DNA from: an uncultured delta proteobacterium
GTDB taxonomy: Bacteria; Desulfobacterota; Syntrophorhabdia; Syntrophorhabdales; WCHB1-27
Length of the DNA: 64,000 nucleotides
Direction: 5' to 3'
Assembly: GCA_963810935.1 (NCBI GenBank)
Contig: CAWEPK010000010.1
Coordinates: forward strand, 64,001-128,000
Shown here: one piece after another, positions 1-10,375 of the stretch
Numbering within the stretch: the first letter of the stretch is position 1
Layout: each line of letters opens with the position of its first letter
The notes under the pieces: generated by a model
The model's database searches: none
The model's input: the letters and a program-made list of their open reading frames with translations, nothing else
Told to the model about the DNA's origin: nothing
Position numbers and translations under genes: made by a program

Positions 1-22
1 ACATGTTATGCCTCCTTAAACC

Positions 23-1338
23 TCAGGCGTCCGCGCCTCGAAGGGAATTGGCGTACCCTTTTACGATCTCCACTTCTGTCAGCTTGCCCTTCATGCTACC
101 CGGACCGCGGAAATTTACGATGCGGTTCGTCCTCGTCCTGCCGGTAAGCTCTTCCCGTGAGTTTTTGCTGAACCGCTCCACCAGCACCTCTACCTTCTCG
201 CCTTCCATTCCCTCGAATATCTCACGGGTGATCCCCTTCTGCACCGCCTGCAACTCCCGCAGCCTGCCACGCGCCACTTCCTCCGGCACCCTGTCCGGCA
301 GCGCCGACGCCGTGGTGCCTTTGCGCGGTGAAAAGCAGAAAGAAAATATACCATCAAAACGGGTCCGTTCCACAAGCTCCATCGTCGACCTGAAGTCCCC
401 TTCGTCCTCCCCGGGGAAGCCGACGATGCAATCGGTCGTTATCGCGATGTCAGGGCGCCTTCTTTTCAGCTTCGATATCTTTTCTTCGTATTCGTCCCTG
501 GTATAGCCCCTGTTCATGGAGCGCAGCACCTTGTCCGATCCCGACTGGACGGGCAGGTGGATGTTCTCACAGAGTTTCCGGAGCCGGCCGAAGCAGCCTA
601 TCAGCTCGTCGGAAAGGTCCTTGGGGTGGGAGGTGACGAAGCGTATCCTCTCGACCCCCGCCATGCCGTCTATCCGCTCCAAAAGCTCGCTGAAAGACAG
701 GTCTTTCGTCCCTTTGTTGTACGAGTTGACGTTCTGGCCGAGGAGCACCACTTCCCTCGTCCCCACAGCCGTCAGCTCTTCTATCTCCTCTAGTATGTCA
801 GCACTTTTCCTGCTCGCCTCCCGGCCCCGCACGTAAGGGACCACGCAATAGGCGCAGAAATTGTCGCAGCCTTTCATGATGGTAACGTAAGCCTTTACCT
901 TAGCTTGCGCGTTCCCCGGCCTTACATAAAGGGAAGACAGACAGCCGTTTTCGGAGAAGTCGAGAAAGCGCTCCCTTTTCAGACCTGCGTTGACGGCCTC
1001 GCACACGAGATGGACGCTCGCGGGCCCCAAGGAGAAATCGACGAAAGGAAGGCGCTCGACGATCGCCTCCTTCTCCATCTGGGCGATACAGCCCGTCACG
1101 CCCAGGAGAAGGGGCTGCCTTTCTTTCAGCTCCTTGAGCCTCCCCATCATGCTGTAAAACTTCTGCTCGGCCTTCTGACGGATGCAGCAGGTGTTGACGA
1201 TCACGACGCCGGCCGCCTCCGGGCGGGGCGCGGCTTCGAAGCCCGCCGCCCGGAGAAGGCCGGCCATCTTCTCAACGTCGTGCTCGTTCATCTGGCACCC
1301 GAAATTCTCTATATAGTATTTCGGTCCGACCTTTTCAC
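23..1338 (-). CDS. miaB: tRNA-2-methylthio-N6-dimethylallyladenosine synthase MiaB (apparent frameshift at the extreme N-terminus)
   Basis: Radical SAM motif CDNFCAYC and C-terminal TRAM domain. The conserved YYIENFGCQMN lies upstream of the ORF-track start with no in-frame start codon; adding one A to the AAAA run at ~1332-1335 joins it to a GTG overlapping the fbp stop. Confidence 0.93.
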
Positions 1339-2432
1339 CTCACCGCGAATTTTGGCGCAAGCCTGTCCATCTTCTTTACGATGCCGCCGTACTCCAGCTC
1401 GGAATACGGAAGCATTGCGGAGCCGGAAAAGCCCTGCCGCCGCAGCTCCGTCGCCTTCCTCGACACCTGCATACGCACGTAGTCCCAGTACGGATGGGCA
1501 AAGGCGTCGGCCGGCTCGGTAAGTATGCCGTTGTGCACGCAGAAGGCAAGGGCACAAACGACCGGAGGACCGTCGAAGAAAGACGTACCCGAATTCATCG
1601 GGACGGGCATAAGGGGACCGGTATGGCTGCCCCTCATGAACCCGGCCACGTAATGGCCGATGTTGAAGGGCGATAAGACCTCGCCCGTCGCCGGGAACGG
1701 TCCCTGGCACCTGACGAGCATGACAGGGTCGTCTTTTCCCGTGTATTTGCCGGCGATATTATGGAGCCTTGTCGTGCTGACGGAGGCGGCTATCTCGCCC
1801 GTCTCCCTGGAGAAGATCGCCTCGACCACGAACCTCTCATTGTCACGCAGCAGCGCCGCGATGTCGTAGAGGTCCTCGGGAGCGTTAAGCTCTATTACGC
1901 TGTCGCCTTCCGTATGCTCCACGTCCATTATGACGAATTTAAAGCCCTTCGACATGCCGGGCGCAAGGATCAGGCCCGAGTTGTACATGGGGTCGGCAAA
2001 AGCCAGATAAAGGGGCAAATTGTAGGCGCCGGGGTCGGTCTTGTCCGCGGCAAAAAACAGGAACGGCTCGTTCGGCCTCTCCTCGATCTCCATCTCGGCG
2101 ACTGCGGGCCCCATGCCCTTGACGTTGCCCGAAAAAGAGTCCTTCAGCAAGTCCTGGCCCGCCCCGTAGAGGCCCTGCTCCCTGGCGCATTCGGTGCCTG
2201 CCACGAAGGCGTCCCACGCCAGCTTGTGCACCTCTTCGTTTTCCACGCCCTTGTTGTGCGTGGCCAGTATGGCTATATCGTCCCCTGTATGTGAAACAAA
2301 ACAATCGCGCAAGAGATTGCCGCGACTTTCCTCAACAAACCCTTCCACACGTTGCAGCAATTGCCTGCTAGGGCAAAGATGCCCGCCAACGCTGCCAATG
2401 TCTGCTTTGAGGATCGATACCGTCGTCTTCAT
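1335..2432 (-). CDS. fbp: Bifunctional fructose-1,6-bisphosphate aldolase/phosphatase (FBPase class V)
   Basis: N-terminal KADIGSVGGH, HTGDDI, GLYGAGQDLLKDSFSGNVKGMGP, and GKYTGKDDP retaining the Tyr/Lys/Asp aldolase residues. Confidence 0.93.
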   Translation of the reverse strand: MKTTVSILKADIGSVGGHLCPSRQLLQRVEGFVEESRGNLLRDCFVSHTGDDIAILATHNKGVENEEVHKLAWDAFVAGTECAREQGLYGAGQDLLKDSFSGNVKGMGPAVAEMEIEERPNEPFLFFAADKTDPGAYNLPLYLAFADPMYNSGLILAPGMSKGFKFVIMDVEHTEGDSVIELNAPEDLYDIAALLRDNERFVVEAIFSRETGEIAASVSTTRLHNIAGKYTGKDDPVMLVRCQGPFPATGEVLSPFNIGHYVAGFMRGSHTGPLMPVPMNSGTSFFDGPPVVCALAFCVHNGILTEPADAFAHPYWDYVRMQVSRKATELRRQGFSGSAMLPYSELEYGGIVKKMDRLAPKFAVR

Positions 2433-3181
2433 GTGCCGTCCTCCTGGAATAGTTTTTTGTACGCGCTCATGGTTACATAACTCGTCAAATCCCAGTGAAG
2501 AGGGGTGAGAGAAAGAAACCCCTTATCGACTGCCTGGAGGTCGGTGCCTTCGATGGCCTCGAACCGCTCGCCATCGCCGCCGATCCAGTAGTACGTTCCG
2601 CCCCTTGGGTCTATTCTCTCAATAATATTACCATTATAAATCCTTTTTCCAAGGCCTGTCACCTTAAAACCTCGTAAGGAATCGTAAGGGATATTCGGTA
2701 TATTCACGTTCAGGAGCGTACGGGGAGGCAGCTCGGCCGAGCGCAGCCTTTCCACTATATCGAGGACGGACCGGCAGGCGTCGTGGAAGAGAAAGTCGCT
2801 CCTGGCGTTGAGGGAAACGGCCATCGAGGTAATCCCCGTGAAGGCGCCTTCCTTCGCCGCTGCGACGGTCCCCGAATAGCTCACGTCCTGGCCCATGTTC
2901 GGCCCCTTGTTGATGCCTGCGATCACCATGTCCGGTTTCCGGGGAAGGATGACCCGCAGCGCCAGGAGGACGGAGTCGGCCGGAGTGCCGTTCGTGGAGA
3001 AGACGCGCTCCCCCAGGTCCTTGATGCGCAGCGGCTTATGCAGCGTTATCGCGTGGGCGATGCAGGTGCGCTCCGAATCCGGGCCGACAACCCATACCTC
3101 ATTGCCGGGCGCCAAAGCGTCCCTCAGCGCAAGAATGCCGTGAGAGTCAACACCGTCGTCATTTGATAGGAGGATAAGCAA
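2429..3181 (-). CDS. surE: 5'/3'-nucleotidase SurE
   Basis: ILLSNDDG, GTPAD, GINKGPNMG, YSGTVAAA motifs. Confidence 0.95.
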   Translation of the reverse strand: MLILLSNDDGVDSHGILALRDALAPGNEVWVVGPDSERTCIAHAITLHKPLRIKDLGERVFSTNGTPADSVLLALRVILPRKPDMVIAGINKGPNMGQDVSYSGTVAAAKEGAFTGITSMAVSLNARSDFLFHDACRSVLDIVERLRSAELPPRTLLNVNIPNIPYDSLRGFKVTGLGKRIYNGNIIERIDPRGGTYYWIGGDGERFEAIEGTDLQAVDKGFLSLTPLHWDLTSYVTMSAYKKLFQEDGT

Positions 3182-3208
3182 GAGGTGTCACCAGGTACGA
3201 AAAAGCAA

Positions 3209-3283
3209 TCGGGGCGACTGGATTTGAACCAGCGGCCACCAGCACCCCATACTGGTGCGCTAACCAAGCTGCGCTACGCCCCG
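3209..3283 (-). tRNA. tRNA-Pro(GGG)
   Basis: Reverse complement CGGGGCGTAGCGCAGCTTGGTTAGCGCACCAGT-ATGGGGT-GCTGG...GGTTCAAATCC...GCCCCGA; cloverleaf, anticodon GGG, CCA not encoded. Confidence 0.95.
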
Positions 3284-3424
3284 ATAGTTAGTTTCCTATT
3301 ATATGTCATTTCTCCAAATTCCTCAACCTTTACTGTTAAGGGGCCGGCGAAAACAGCCAGGCCGGCGCCACAGTACATATATTTGTAGAAAAGGGGGGTA
3401 AATTCTGCTATTAATATTCATCGC

Positions 3425-3497
3425 GGTCCCATCGTCTAGGGGTCTAGGACGTCGGCCTCTCACGCCGAAAACCGGAGTTCGAATCTCCGTGGGACCA
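3425..3497 (+). tRNA. tRNA-Glu(CTC)
   Basis: GGTCCCA/TGGGACC acceptor stem, anticodon arm TCGGC-CTCTCAC-GCCGA, T loop GTTCGAATC. Confidence 0.95.
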
Positions 3498-3571
3498 TTT
3501 TTCTTAAAACACGGGCCACCGCATTATCTTTTAATTGTAATTAAAAACCTGATTTCAGGGAGGATTTCCCT

Positions 3572-4111
3572 ATGATGGCCGTTGCCCCTTTGATGATAGA
3601 GCACAGGCTGATCGAGCGCATGATAAAGGTAATGAAGGCCGAAGCCGCCTCCATCGGCAAGACAGGCACGGTGAGGCCCGAGTTCATCGACGAGGCGGTT
3701 GACTTCATAAGGGTCTATGCGGACCGATGCCATCACGGCAAAGAAGAGGACATCCTGTTCAAGCAGCTTGCCGAAAAAGAGATGTCGGGAGCATACCGGG
3801 AGACTATGGAGGAGCTGGTGCAGGAGCACGCCAGGTCGCGCCGGATGACGGGGCAGCTCCTTGCAGCCAAAGACCGCTACGTCAGGGGCGACCGGGACGC
3901 GCTTGCCGAGATACTCTCCATTATGGAGACGCTCGCCGCCTTCTATCCCGTGCACATCGAGAAAGAAGATAAGCACTTCTTCATCCCCTGCATGGCCTAC
4001 TTCAGCACCCACGAGCAGGACATCATGCTCGAGGCGTTCGCGGAGTTCGACAGGAGGCTCATCCACGAAAAGTACAGGTCGGTGATCGAAAAATTCGAAG
4101 GTAAAGTATAG
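3572..4111 (+). CDS. Hemerythrin domain-containing protein
   Basis: EH...HHGKEEDILF...EH...HIEKED hemerythrin metal-ligand pattern; RBS GGAGG. Confidence 0.85.
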   Translation: MMAVAPLMIEHRLIERMIKVMKAEAASIGKTGTVRPEFIDEAVDFIRVYADRCHHGKEEDILFKQLAEKEMSGAYRETMEELVQEHARSRRMTGQLLAAKDRYVRGDRDALAEILSIMETLAAFYPVHIEKEDKHFFIPCMAYFSTHEQDIMLEAFAEFDRRLIHEKYRSVIEKFEGKV

Positions 4112-4118
4112 CGCGCCG

Positions 4119-6128
4119 CTACTTCATCGAATCGAGCAGCCTGGCCAACAATTGCGCCGATGCGTCGGGGCCACCGTCCGGATAGGCTTCCCGGGCACAG
4201 TTGTCCCGATAGGGCACAGACAGGTCCGTAAGATCGAGGCAGGCCATGACGTTCTCCGGCTCGATGAAGCGGGAGAGGCGGTTGAATGTGTGTATGCCAT
4301 TGTCGCGCCCCTCGTGGTGGACCAGTATGGTCAAGGTCTCCCTGGCCCTCGTGACGGCTACGTAAAGCAGGCGCTGCTCCTCTTCGAGCGCCTCTGCGTC
4401 GCGCGTCGTATAGCTCGACGGCAGCACGCCGTCTACTGCGCCGATCAGGAAGACGTTCCGCCATTCGAGTCCCTTTGCCGAATGGATGGTGGACATGATG
4501 AGCGGGCGCTCCCAAACGGTGTCGTGGAAGTCCCTGACTCCGCGCTGCGGCGGCTCGATGGCGAGGTCCACCAGGATGTCGCGCAGCGACTCATACCGCT
4601 CGGCGATCTGGGCGAGCGCCTCCAGGTCGTTCTTCCGGAGCTTCCAGTCGAGGTCGAAGCGTTCCCTTAGCAGGGGCGAATAGTACTCTACGACTGCCGC
4701 GCACTGCTCGCCCGGCCCCGTCATCCTCGCTGCCGCGCCCATGACGGCTGCAAGCCGCCGCAGACCCTCCCGGCTGCCCTGCCTTTCGTCCATGTAAGCC
4801 AGCATCGCTTCGAGGTCTTCGAGGCCGGCAATCTCGTCGATCAGCCTTTCGGCAGTTTTCGGCCCTATGCCTTCCACCAGAAGCAGCACGCGGCTCCAGG
4901 AGAGCACATCGTGCGGGTTGACGAGTATCTTCATATGGGCGAGCACGTCCTTGACGTGCGCCGCCTCATAGAACTTGAGGCCGCCCCATACCGCAAAAGG
5001 GATGTTCCGCTTCGTCAGCTCCGCCTGCATCGGAAGGGTGATATAGGCGGACCGGAAGAGGATGCACTGATGGGAAAGCTCCATGCCTTCATCGTACAGC
5101 TCCTTGATGCGGTCGGCGACCCAGGCGGCCTCCTCGTACGCGTCCTTCAGGAATACTAGGCGCGGCTTGGTCCCGCGCCCTTTGGCGGCCGCGTGCAGGC
5201 ATTTCTCGTACCGTCCCGGCATGTCGTCGAGGACTGCGTTGGCAAGGTCCAGGATCGCCTGCGTGCTCCTGTAGTTATCCTCCAGCTTGACGATTTTGCA
5301 TCCATGAAACAGCTCCGGGAACCGCATGATGTTCCGGTGGTCCGCTCCCCTGAAGGAATAGATAGACTGGGCGTCGTCTCCGACCACGAGGACGTTCCTG
5401 TGTCTCTCGGCAAGGCGAAATGCGATCTGCCCCTGCACCGCGTTCGTGTCCTGGAACTCGTCGATCATGATGTATCGGTATCGCTTCGATAACTGTCCGG
5501 CTACCCCTTCGTCCTGGAGCAGCAGCTTCATATATATGAGCAGGTCGTCATAGTCGAGGCATTTGGAGCGCACTTTATACTCCGTATAGGCCTCCCTGAC
5601 TGCCTTTATCTCATCAAGGAATTCCATGAACGGCGCATAATACTTCTCCAGGACCGAGGCGATGGGCACCTCTTTATTGGCGGCCATGCTGATTATCTTC
5701 CTCAGCATCTCTTTCCTCGGCCGCCTCCCCTTCTTGCTGAAAAGCCCTAGCTTTGCCGCGCACCGCTGCACGGCCTCCTCTGCGTCCGCCTCGTCGTAAA
5801 TCGTAAAGCCCGGGGGCAATCCGAAGAAGCTACAGTACTTCCGCAGCACCCTGTTCGCAAAGGAATGGAACGTGCCGCCTTCTACCCCCCTGCACCTGGT
5901 GTCGAGGGCCGCCGCCCGCGATATCATCTCTGCCGCGCTCCGGCGTGTGAACGTGAGAAGGAGAATCGACGCCGGGTCGATGCCCGCCTCGACCAGATGC
6001 AGCACGCGGAACTCGATCACCCTGGTCTTCCCGCTGCCCGCACCGGCAATGACGAGCACCGGCCCTTCCATGGCCGTCACCGCCTCGTACTGCCGGTCAT
6101 TGAGCTGCTCCCTGATAGCCTGATCCAT
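4119..6128 (-). CDS. UvrD/PcrA/Rep-family SF1 DNA helicase
   Basis: AGAGSGKT, DEFQD, VGDDAQSIY, NYRS, STIHSAKGLEW, LLYVAVTRA motifs. Confidence 0.92.
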   Translation of the reverse strand: MDQAIREQLNDRQYEAVTAMEGPVLVIAGAGSGKTRVIEFRVLHLVEAGIDPASILLLTFTRRSAAEMISRAAALDTRCRGVEGGTFHSFANRVLRKYCSFFGLPPGFTIYDEADAEEAVQRCAAKLGLFSKKGRRPRKEMLRKIISMAANKEVPIASVLEKYYAPFMEFLDEIKAVREAYTEYKVRSKCLDYDDLLIYMKLLLQDEGVAGQLSKRYRYIMIDEFQDTNAVQGQIAFRLAERHRNVLVVGDDAQSIYSFRGADHRNIMRFPELFHGCKIVKLEDNYRSTQAILDLANAVLDDMPGRYEKCLHAAAKGRGTKPRLVFLKDAYEEAAWVADRIKELYDEGMELSHQCILFRSAYITLPMQAELTKRNIPFAVWGGLKFYEAAHVKDVLAHMKILVNPHDVLSWSRVLLLVEGIGPKTAERLIDEIAGLEDLEAMLAYMDERQGSREGLRRLAAVMGAAARMTGPGEQCAAVVEYYSPLLRERFDLDWKLRKNDLEALAQIAERYESLRDILVDLAIEPPQRGVRDFHDTVWERPLIMSTIHSAKGLEWRNVFLIGAVDGVLPSSYTTRDAEALEEEQRLLYVAVTRARETLTILVHHEGRDNGIHTFNRLSRFIEPENVMACLDLTDLSVPYRDNCAREAYPDGGPDASAQLLARLLDSMK

Positions 6129-6181
6129 ACCGGCGATAGTATAAAATAGTTGTTACAAGGTTGTATAGGTGGTTTACGGCC

Positions 6182-7720
6182 CTATCTCAGGTGGTAGGCT
6201 TTTTGGGTGAACAAGCAGATGCAAGCATCGACCACTTCCGCATCATACAGGATCCCTTTGTTGCTCTGCACTTCGAGGAGCGCTACTTCTATGCCCTGCG
6301 CGGGCCTGTAGGGACGATGGGAGGCAATCGCCTCTATGACGTCTGCAACGGTGATGATCCTGGCCTCCAGCAGCACCTCGTCCCCTTTGAGCCCCTGGGG
6401 ATAGCCTGACCCGTCAAGCTTCTCGTGGTGCTGGAGGATGATCTGGGCAATGGGCCAGGGGAACTCGACATCTTTCAGGACATCGTGCCCGGTCTGCGGA
6501 TGGTCCTTGATAAGCTCGAATTCCTTCGCCGACAGCTTTCCCGGCTTGCTGAGGATCTCGGCGGGCACGGATATCTTCCCGATGTCGTGGATGACCCCCG
6601 CCATGCGTATGCCCTCTATTGTGTTGGATGGAAGCTCCATCTCTTCCGCTATGGCGGTGGCAAGGTGCGCCACGCGGTGCTGATGGCCGGCCGTGTAAGG
6701 GTCCCTGGTCTCGACCACGTGCATTATCGCCTCTATCGTACCCCCCATGGCCTTTCTCAGGTTGGCAAGCGTCGCCTCCAGCTTCTCTTCGGCCTGTTTA
6801 CGGTCGGTTACGTCGCGCACCATCGATTGGATGAAGACCTCTTTGCCTACCTCTACGCGGTTGAGGCTCATCTCCGCGTCGAAGGACGTGCCGTCAAGCC
6901 TAGTCAGGCGCCATTCGCAGAACTGCGGGGTACCCGAAAGGGCAAGTCGACCGTCCTGCCTGAACCTCTCCTTCGACGGCGCGCCGTCCGGCTGGACGGG
7001 AGGGCAGAAATCGAGGGGCGACTTCCCGATAATCCATTCCCGCGTACAGCCGAGCATTTCCAGGCCCCTGGTATTGCAATCGACCAACGCGCCTTCCTTA
7101 ATGAGAAATATGGCGTCGTTTGCGTTTTCGAAGAGCATCTTGTATTTCGATTCACTCTCCGCCAGCGCCTCCGTGATGCGCTTCCTCGACAAAGCGAAGG
7201 CAAAAATCTCGCCGACTATCTTGATGAGTGACAGGACGTTCTCCGACCACTTGTTGGCGGACTTGTAGTTTTCGAAGCCGATGAACCCCATCACGGAATA
7301 GCCCGATACAATCGGCATGGCAACGCAGGAGCGGATTCCCGCCGACCGGAGATAGACTTTTTCGTTCTCCGCTTCGGGGGGCATCGCCTCGACGTCCGGT
7401 ATACAGACAACTTCGCAGCCCTTGATCCTCTCATAGAACCACGGCTGCATCTCGGCCGATAGCCGGTTTACTTGGCCGCCCTGCCCGTTTGCGCGCCATT
7501 CATGCGTCTTGTCGAGCACGCCCCCGCTGCCGTCGAATTGAAAAACGCAGCTCCTGTCGACGCCCCCGAACATGCCCACCGCCTTAAGCACGTCGTTGAT
7601 GCCGTCATCGACGTCTTCCGGCGGAAGGCTGATGAAGTTCGTGGATAGCCCGAAAATCATCTTTAACAGGCTTTCCGCGTCTCTGTACTGCTCTGCCGGT
7701 CTGATATCGGCCTCCTTCAA
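6182..7720 (-). CDS. GAF-PAS-HD-GYP cyclic dinucleotide phosphodiesterase
   Basis: RDPYTAGHQHRV, HDIGK, HHEKLDGSGYP motifs; upstream GAF-like and PAS (FENANDAIF) segments. Confidence 0.88.
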   Translation of the reverse strand: MKEADIRPAEQYRDAESLLKMIFGLSTNFISLPPEDVDDGINDVLKAVGMFGGVDRSCVFQFDGSGGVLDKTHEWRANGQGGQVNRLSAEMQPWFYERIKGCEVVCIPDVEAMPPEAENEKVYLRSAGIRSCVAMPIVSGYSVMGFIGFENYKSANKWSENVLSLIKIVGEIFAFALSRKRITEALAESESKYKMLFENANDAIFLIKEGALVDCNTRGLEMLGCTREWIIGKSPLDFCPPVQPDGAPSKERFRQDGRLALSGTPQFCEWRLTRLDGTSFDAEMSLNRVEVGKEVFIQSMVRDVTDRKQAEEKLEATLANLRKAMGGTIEAIMHVVETRDPYTAGHQHRVAHLATAIAEEMELPSNTIEGIRMAGVIHDIGKISVPAEILSKPGKLSAKEFELIKDHPQTGHDVLKDVEFPWPIAQIILQHHEKLDGSGYPQGLKGDEVLLEARIITVADVIEAIASHRPYRPAQGIEVALLEVQSNKGILYDAEVVDACICLFTQKAYHLR

Positions 7721-7923
7721 CGCAAAGGGGCACGAGCCGCCTGACTTCCCCCTTATGCCGTGCCGCTTCCTTCGTAGAGATTATCGGCAGAAAATGCGAA
7801 TATTTAAGGCTGCGTGAACTTTTCTGCACATTCTCGGTTAAGTTTCGTTCGAGCATGTTTGACATAGCCCACTCTGCTGGGGTAGTCTTCCAACGCGAGA
7901 AAGGAAATAAAAAGGTAAGTAAC

Positions 7924-8340
7924 ATGGATACACTATCGGCAATACTTCTCGCCGCGCTCAACATTCCCGTTTTTCTCTTGTTTTGCCGGCTTTTCCAGAA
8001 GGTCCTCTTCAGGAAGCACCCCGACTTCTGGCGCTCGCTCCTTGCCTGGAGCTTCGACCCCCACGCCTTCTTCGATAAGGATTCGCGCCACAACCACCTG
8101 GCGGTGCTTTTTCTGTCGCTTTCGGCTGCCTGCTGCGTGCTTCTCGTGCTCGCCGAATACGAGCTTGCTTACAGGTTCGTCGATAGCCTGCGGACCAACA
8201 GACTCCTTCCAGGCGTTGATGAACCTGTAAATGGCTCGACAGGCGGAATAGGCCGCCGGCCGCTTATGAGGGCAGGGGCGGGCTGTACCCGCTCCTCAAC
8301 CGGTGCTATAATATTGCAAATTATCGGCTCTTCTCTTTAG
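7924..8340 (+). CDS. Hypothetical membrane protein
   Basis: ORF with two hydrophobic segments; ATG at 7924 preceded by AAGG; no recognisable family. Confidence 0.45.
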   Translation: MDTLSAILLAALNIPVFLLFCRLFQKVLFRKHPDFWRSLLAWSFDPHAFFDKDSRHNHLAVLFLSLSAACCVLLVLAEYELAYRFVDSLRTNRLLPGVDEPVNGSTGGIGRRPLMRAGAGCTRSSTGAIILQIIGSSL

Positions 8341-8380
8341 TCTTCACAATTTACACGAGACGAGCGAAAAAGGGGGAGAC

Positions 8381-9368
8381 ATGGGATTTCCCGAATACAG
8401 GCCGAGGCGCCTTCGGAAAAGCGGGAAGCTCCGGGGGCTGATACAGGAAAACGACCTGACGGCGCGTCATTTAGTCTATCCCCTCTTTGTAAAAGAGGGC
8501 GGCCAGGCGCGCACGCCTATTCCGTCCATGCCCGGCATCTGCCAGCTAACTATTGAGGCTGCGCTTCCGGAGATAGAGGAAGCTGCAAGCCTTTCCGTCC
8601 CGGCCGTGCTGCTTTTCGGCATCCCGGACCGCAAGGACGAGATGGGCAGCGGCGCATACGACGAGAACGGCGTGATCCAGAAAGCCGTCAGAGAGATCAA
8701 GGAAAGGTTCGGCGACGATGTGGTCGTCATAACGGACCTTTGCCTGTGCGAATATACCAGCCACGGCCATTGCGGCCCAGTTAAGGACGGCGATGTGGAC
8801 AACGACGAGACGCTGAAGCTCCTCGCCAGGGCAGGAATTGCCCAGGCGGCGGCCGGGGCGGACATCGTCGCTCCGTCCGATATGATGGACGGCAGAGTAA
8901 AGGCGGTAAGAAGCGCCCTCGACGCCTCCGGTTTCTCCCGCGTCCCCATCATGAGCTATGCGGCCAAATACGCCTCCGCCTTCTACGGCCCTTTCCGGGA
9001 CGCGGCCGAATCGACGCCGCAGTTCGGCGACCGCAGGAGCTATCAGATGGACCCGCCGAACCAGCGGGAGGCCTTGCGGGAAATGGAGCTCGACGTTGAA
9101 GAGGGGGCCGACATCATCATGGTAAAGCCCGCCCTCCTATATCTCGACATCCTCGCCCTTGCCAGGCAGCGCATCAACAGGCCGCTCGCCGCCTATTCCG
9201 TGAGCGGGGAATACACGATGATGCAGTGCGCGGCGGCTCAAGGGTTCCTCGACTACAAAAGATCGGTCGTCGAGTCTGAATACGGGCATCAAAAGGGCCG
9301 GCGCGGACATCATTATCACCTATTTTGCCAAGGACCTTGCGCGATGGATGAAAGAAGCTCCCCTCTGA
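8381..9368 (+). CDS. hemB: Porphobilinogen synthase (frameshift near 9278)
   Basis: DLCLCEYTSHGHCG Zn site, SDMMDGR, YAAKYASAFYGPFRDAA, MVKP. The normal C-terminus TGIKRAGADIIITYFAKDLA continues in the +1 frame to TGA at 9366-9368. Confidence 0.93.
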
Positions 9369-10375
9369 GAATGGTTGCATGGGAGCTGACGAGGAGCTGC
9401 AACCTCAACTGCATCCACTGCAGGGCGAGGGCAAGCGCAGGGCCTCACGAAGGCGAGCTTTCCCTGGCCGAATGCAGGCGCATCATCGACGACATTGCCT
9501 CGTTTGCATCGCCGACCCTGATTCTTACAGGCGGCGAGCCGCTCCTTCGACCTGATATTTACGACATCGCCGATTATGCGGCATCGAAAGGCATCCGGGC
9601 GGTGATGGCGGTCAACGGCACGCTCGTCGACGACGAGGCGGCGGCACGGCTCAAGAAAGCGGGTATCCTCAGGGTAAGCATGAGCATCGACGGCAAGGAT
9701 GCCGGGGAGCATGACAGGTTCCGCGGCGTCCCGGGTGCATACGATGACGTCATGCGGGCGGCAGAATGCCTGCGAAAGGCGGGCCTGCCTTTCCAGATCA
9801 ACACGACGATCGCCCGCCTCAACGCGAACGACCTGTGGGCCATCTACGACCTGGTGCGGGCGATGGGGGCCGTAGCCTGGCACGTTTTTCTGCTCGTCCC
9901 GGTCGGCAGGGGCGAGGGTTTGAAAGGCGAGGAGCTGAGCGCCGCCATGTATGAAGAGGTGCTGGGCAGGCTGTACGGGCTGGAAGAAGAAGGGCTCATC
10001 GAGATGAAGGTGACGTGCGCGCCGCACTATTACAGGATAGTTAAAGAAAGGGGCGGAACGCCGAAGAGCGCGGGCTGCCTCGCAGGCAAGAGCTTCCTTT
10101 TTATATCGCATAAGGGCATCGCCCAGCCGTGCGGCTACCTGGAGCTCGACTGCGGCAACGTGCGCGCCGACGGGGTAAGGAAGGTCTGGGAGGGCTCGCG
10201 TGAGCTTGCCTCTATCCGCGACCTCAGGCTCTATAAAGGCAAATGCGGGCAGTGCCGGTACCTGCGCATCTGCGGGGGGTGCAGGGCCAGGGCCGCAGAG
10301 CTGAAGGGAGATTTCCTCGAGGCCGAGCCTTACTGCACCTACATCGAGGGAGCGAAAGGAAGGGACAGCGCATGA
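9344..10375 (+). CDS. ahbD: Radical SAM/SPASM protein of alternative heme biosynthesis (AhbD-like heme b synthase)
   Basis: LRMVAWELTRSCNLNCIHCRA, VTCAPHYYR, GCLAG, and SPASM CGQCRYLRICGGCRARA; adjacent to hemB. Confidence 0.8.
   Translation: MDERSSPLRMVAWELTRSCNLNCIHCRARASAGPHEGELSLAECRRIIDDIASFASPTLILTGGEPLLRPDIYDIADYAASKGIRAVMAVNGTLVDDEAAARLKKAGILRVSMSIDGKDAGEHDRFRGVPGAYDDVMRAAECLRKAGLPFQINTTIARLNANDLWAIYDLVRAMGAVAWHVFLLVPVGRGEGLKGEELSAAMYEEVLGRLYGLEEEGLIEMKVTCAPHYYRIVKERGGTPKSAGCLAGKSFLFISHKGIAQPCGYLELDCGNVRADGVRKVWEGSRELASIRDLRLYKGKCGQCRYLRICGGCRARAAELKGDFLEAEPYCTYIEGAKGRDSA

Noticed and set aside
8381..10375. Apparent 664-aa HemB-AhbD fusion in the ORF track
   Set aside because: The normal HemB C-terminus and stop are present in the +1 frame and ahbD has its own ATG at 9344; an indel near 9278 creates the fusion.
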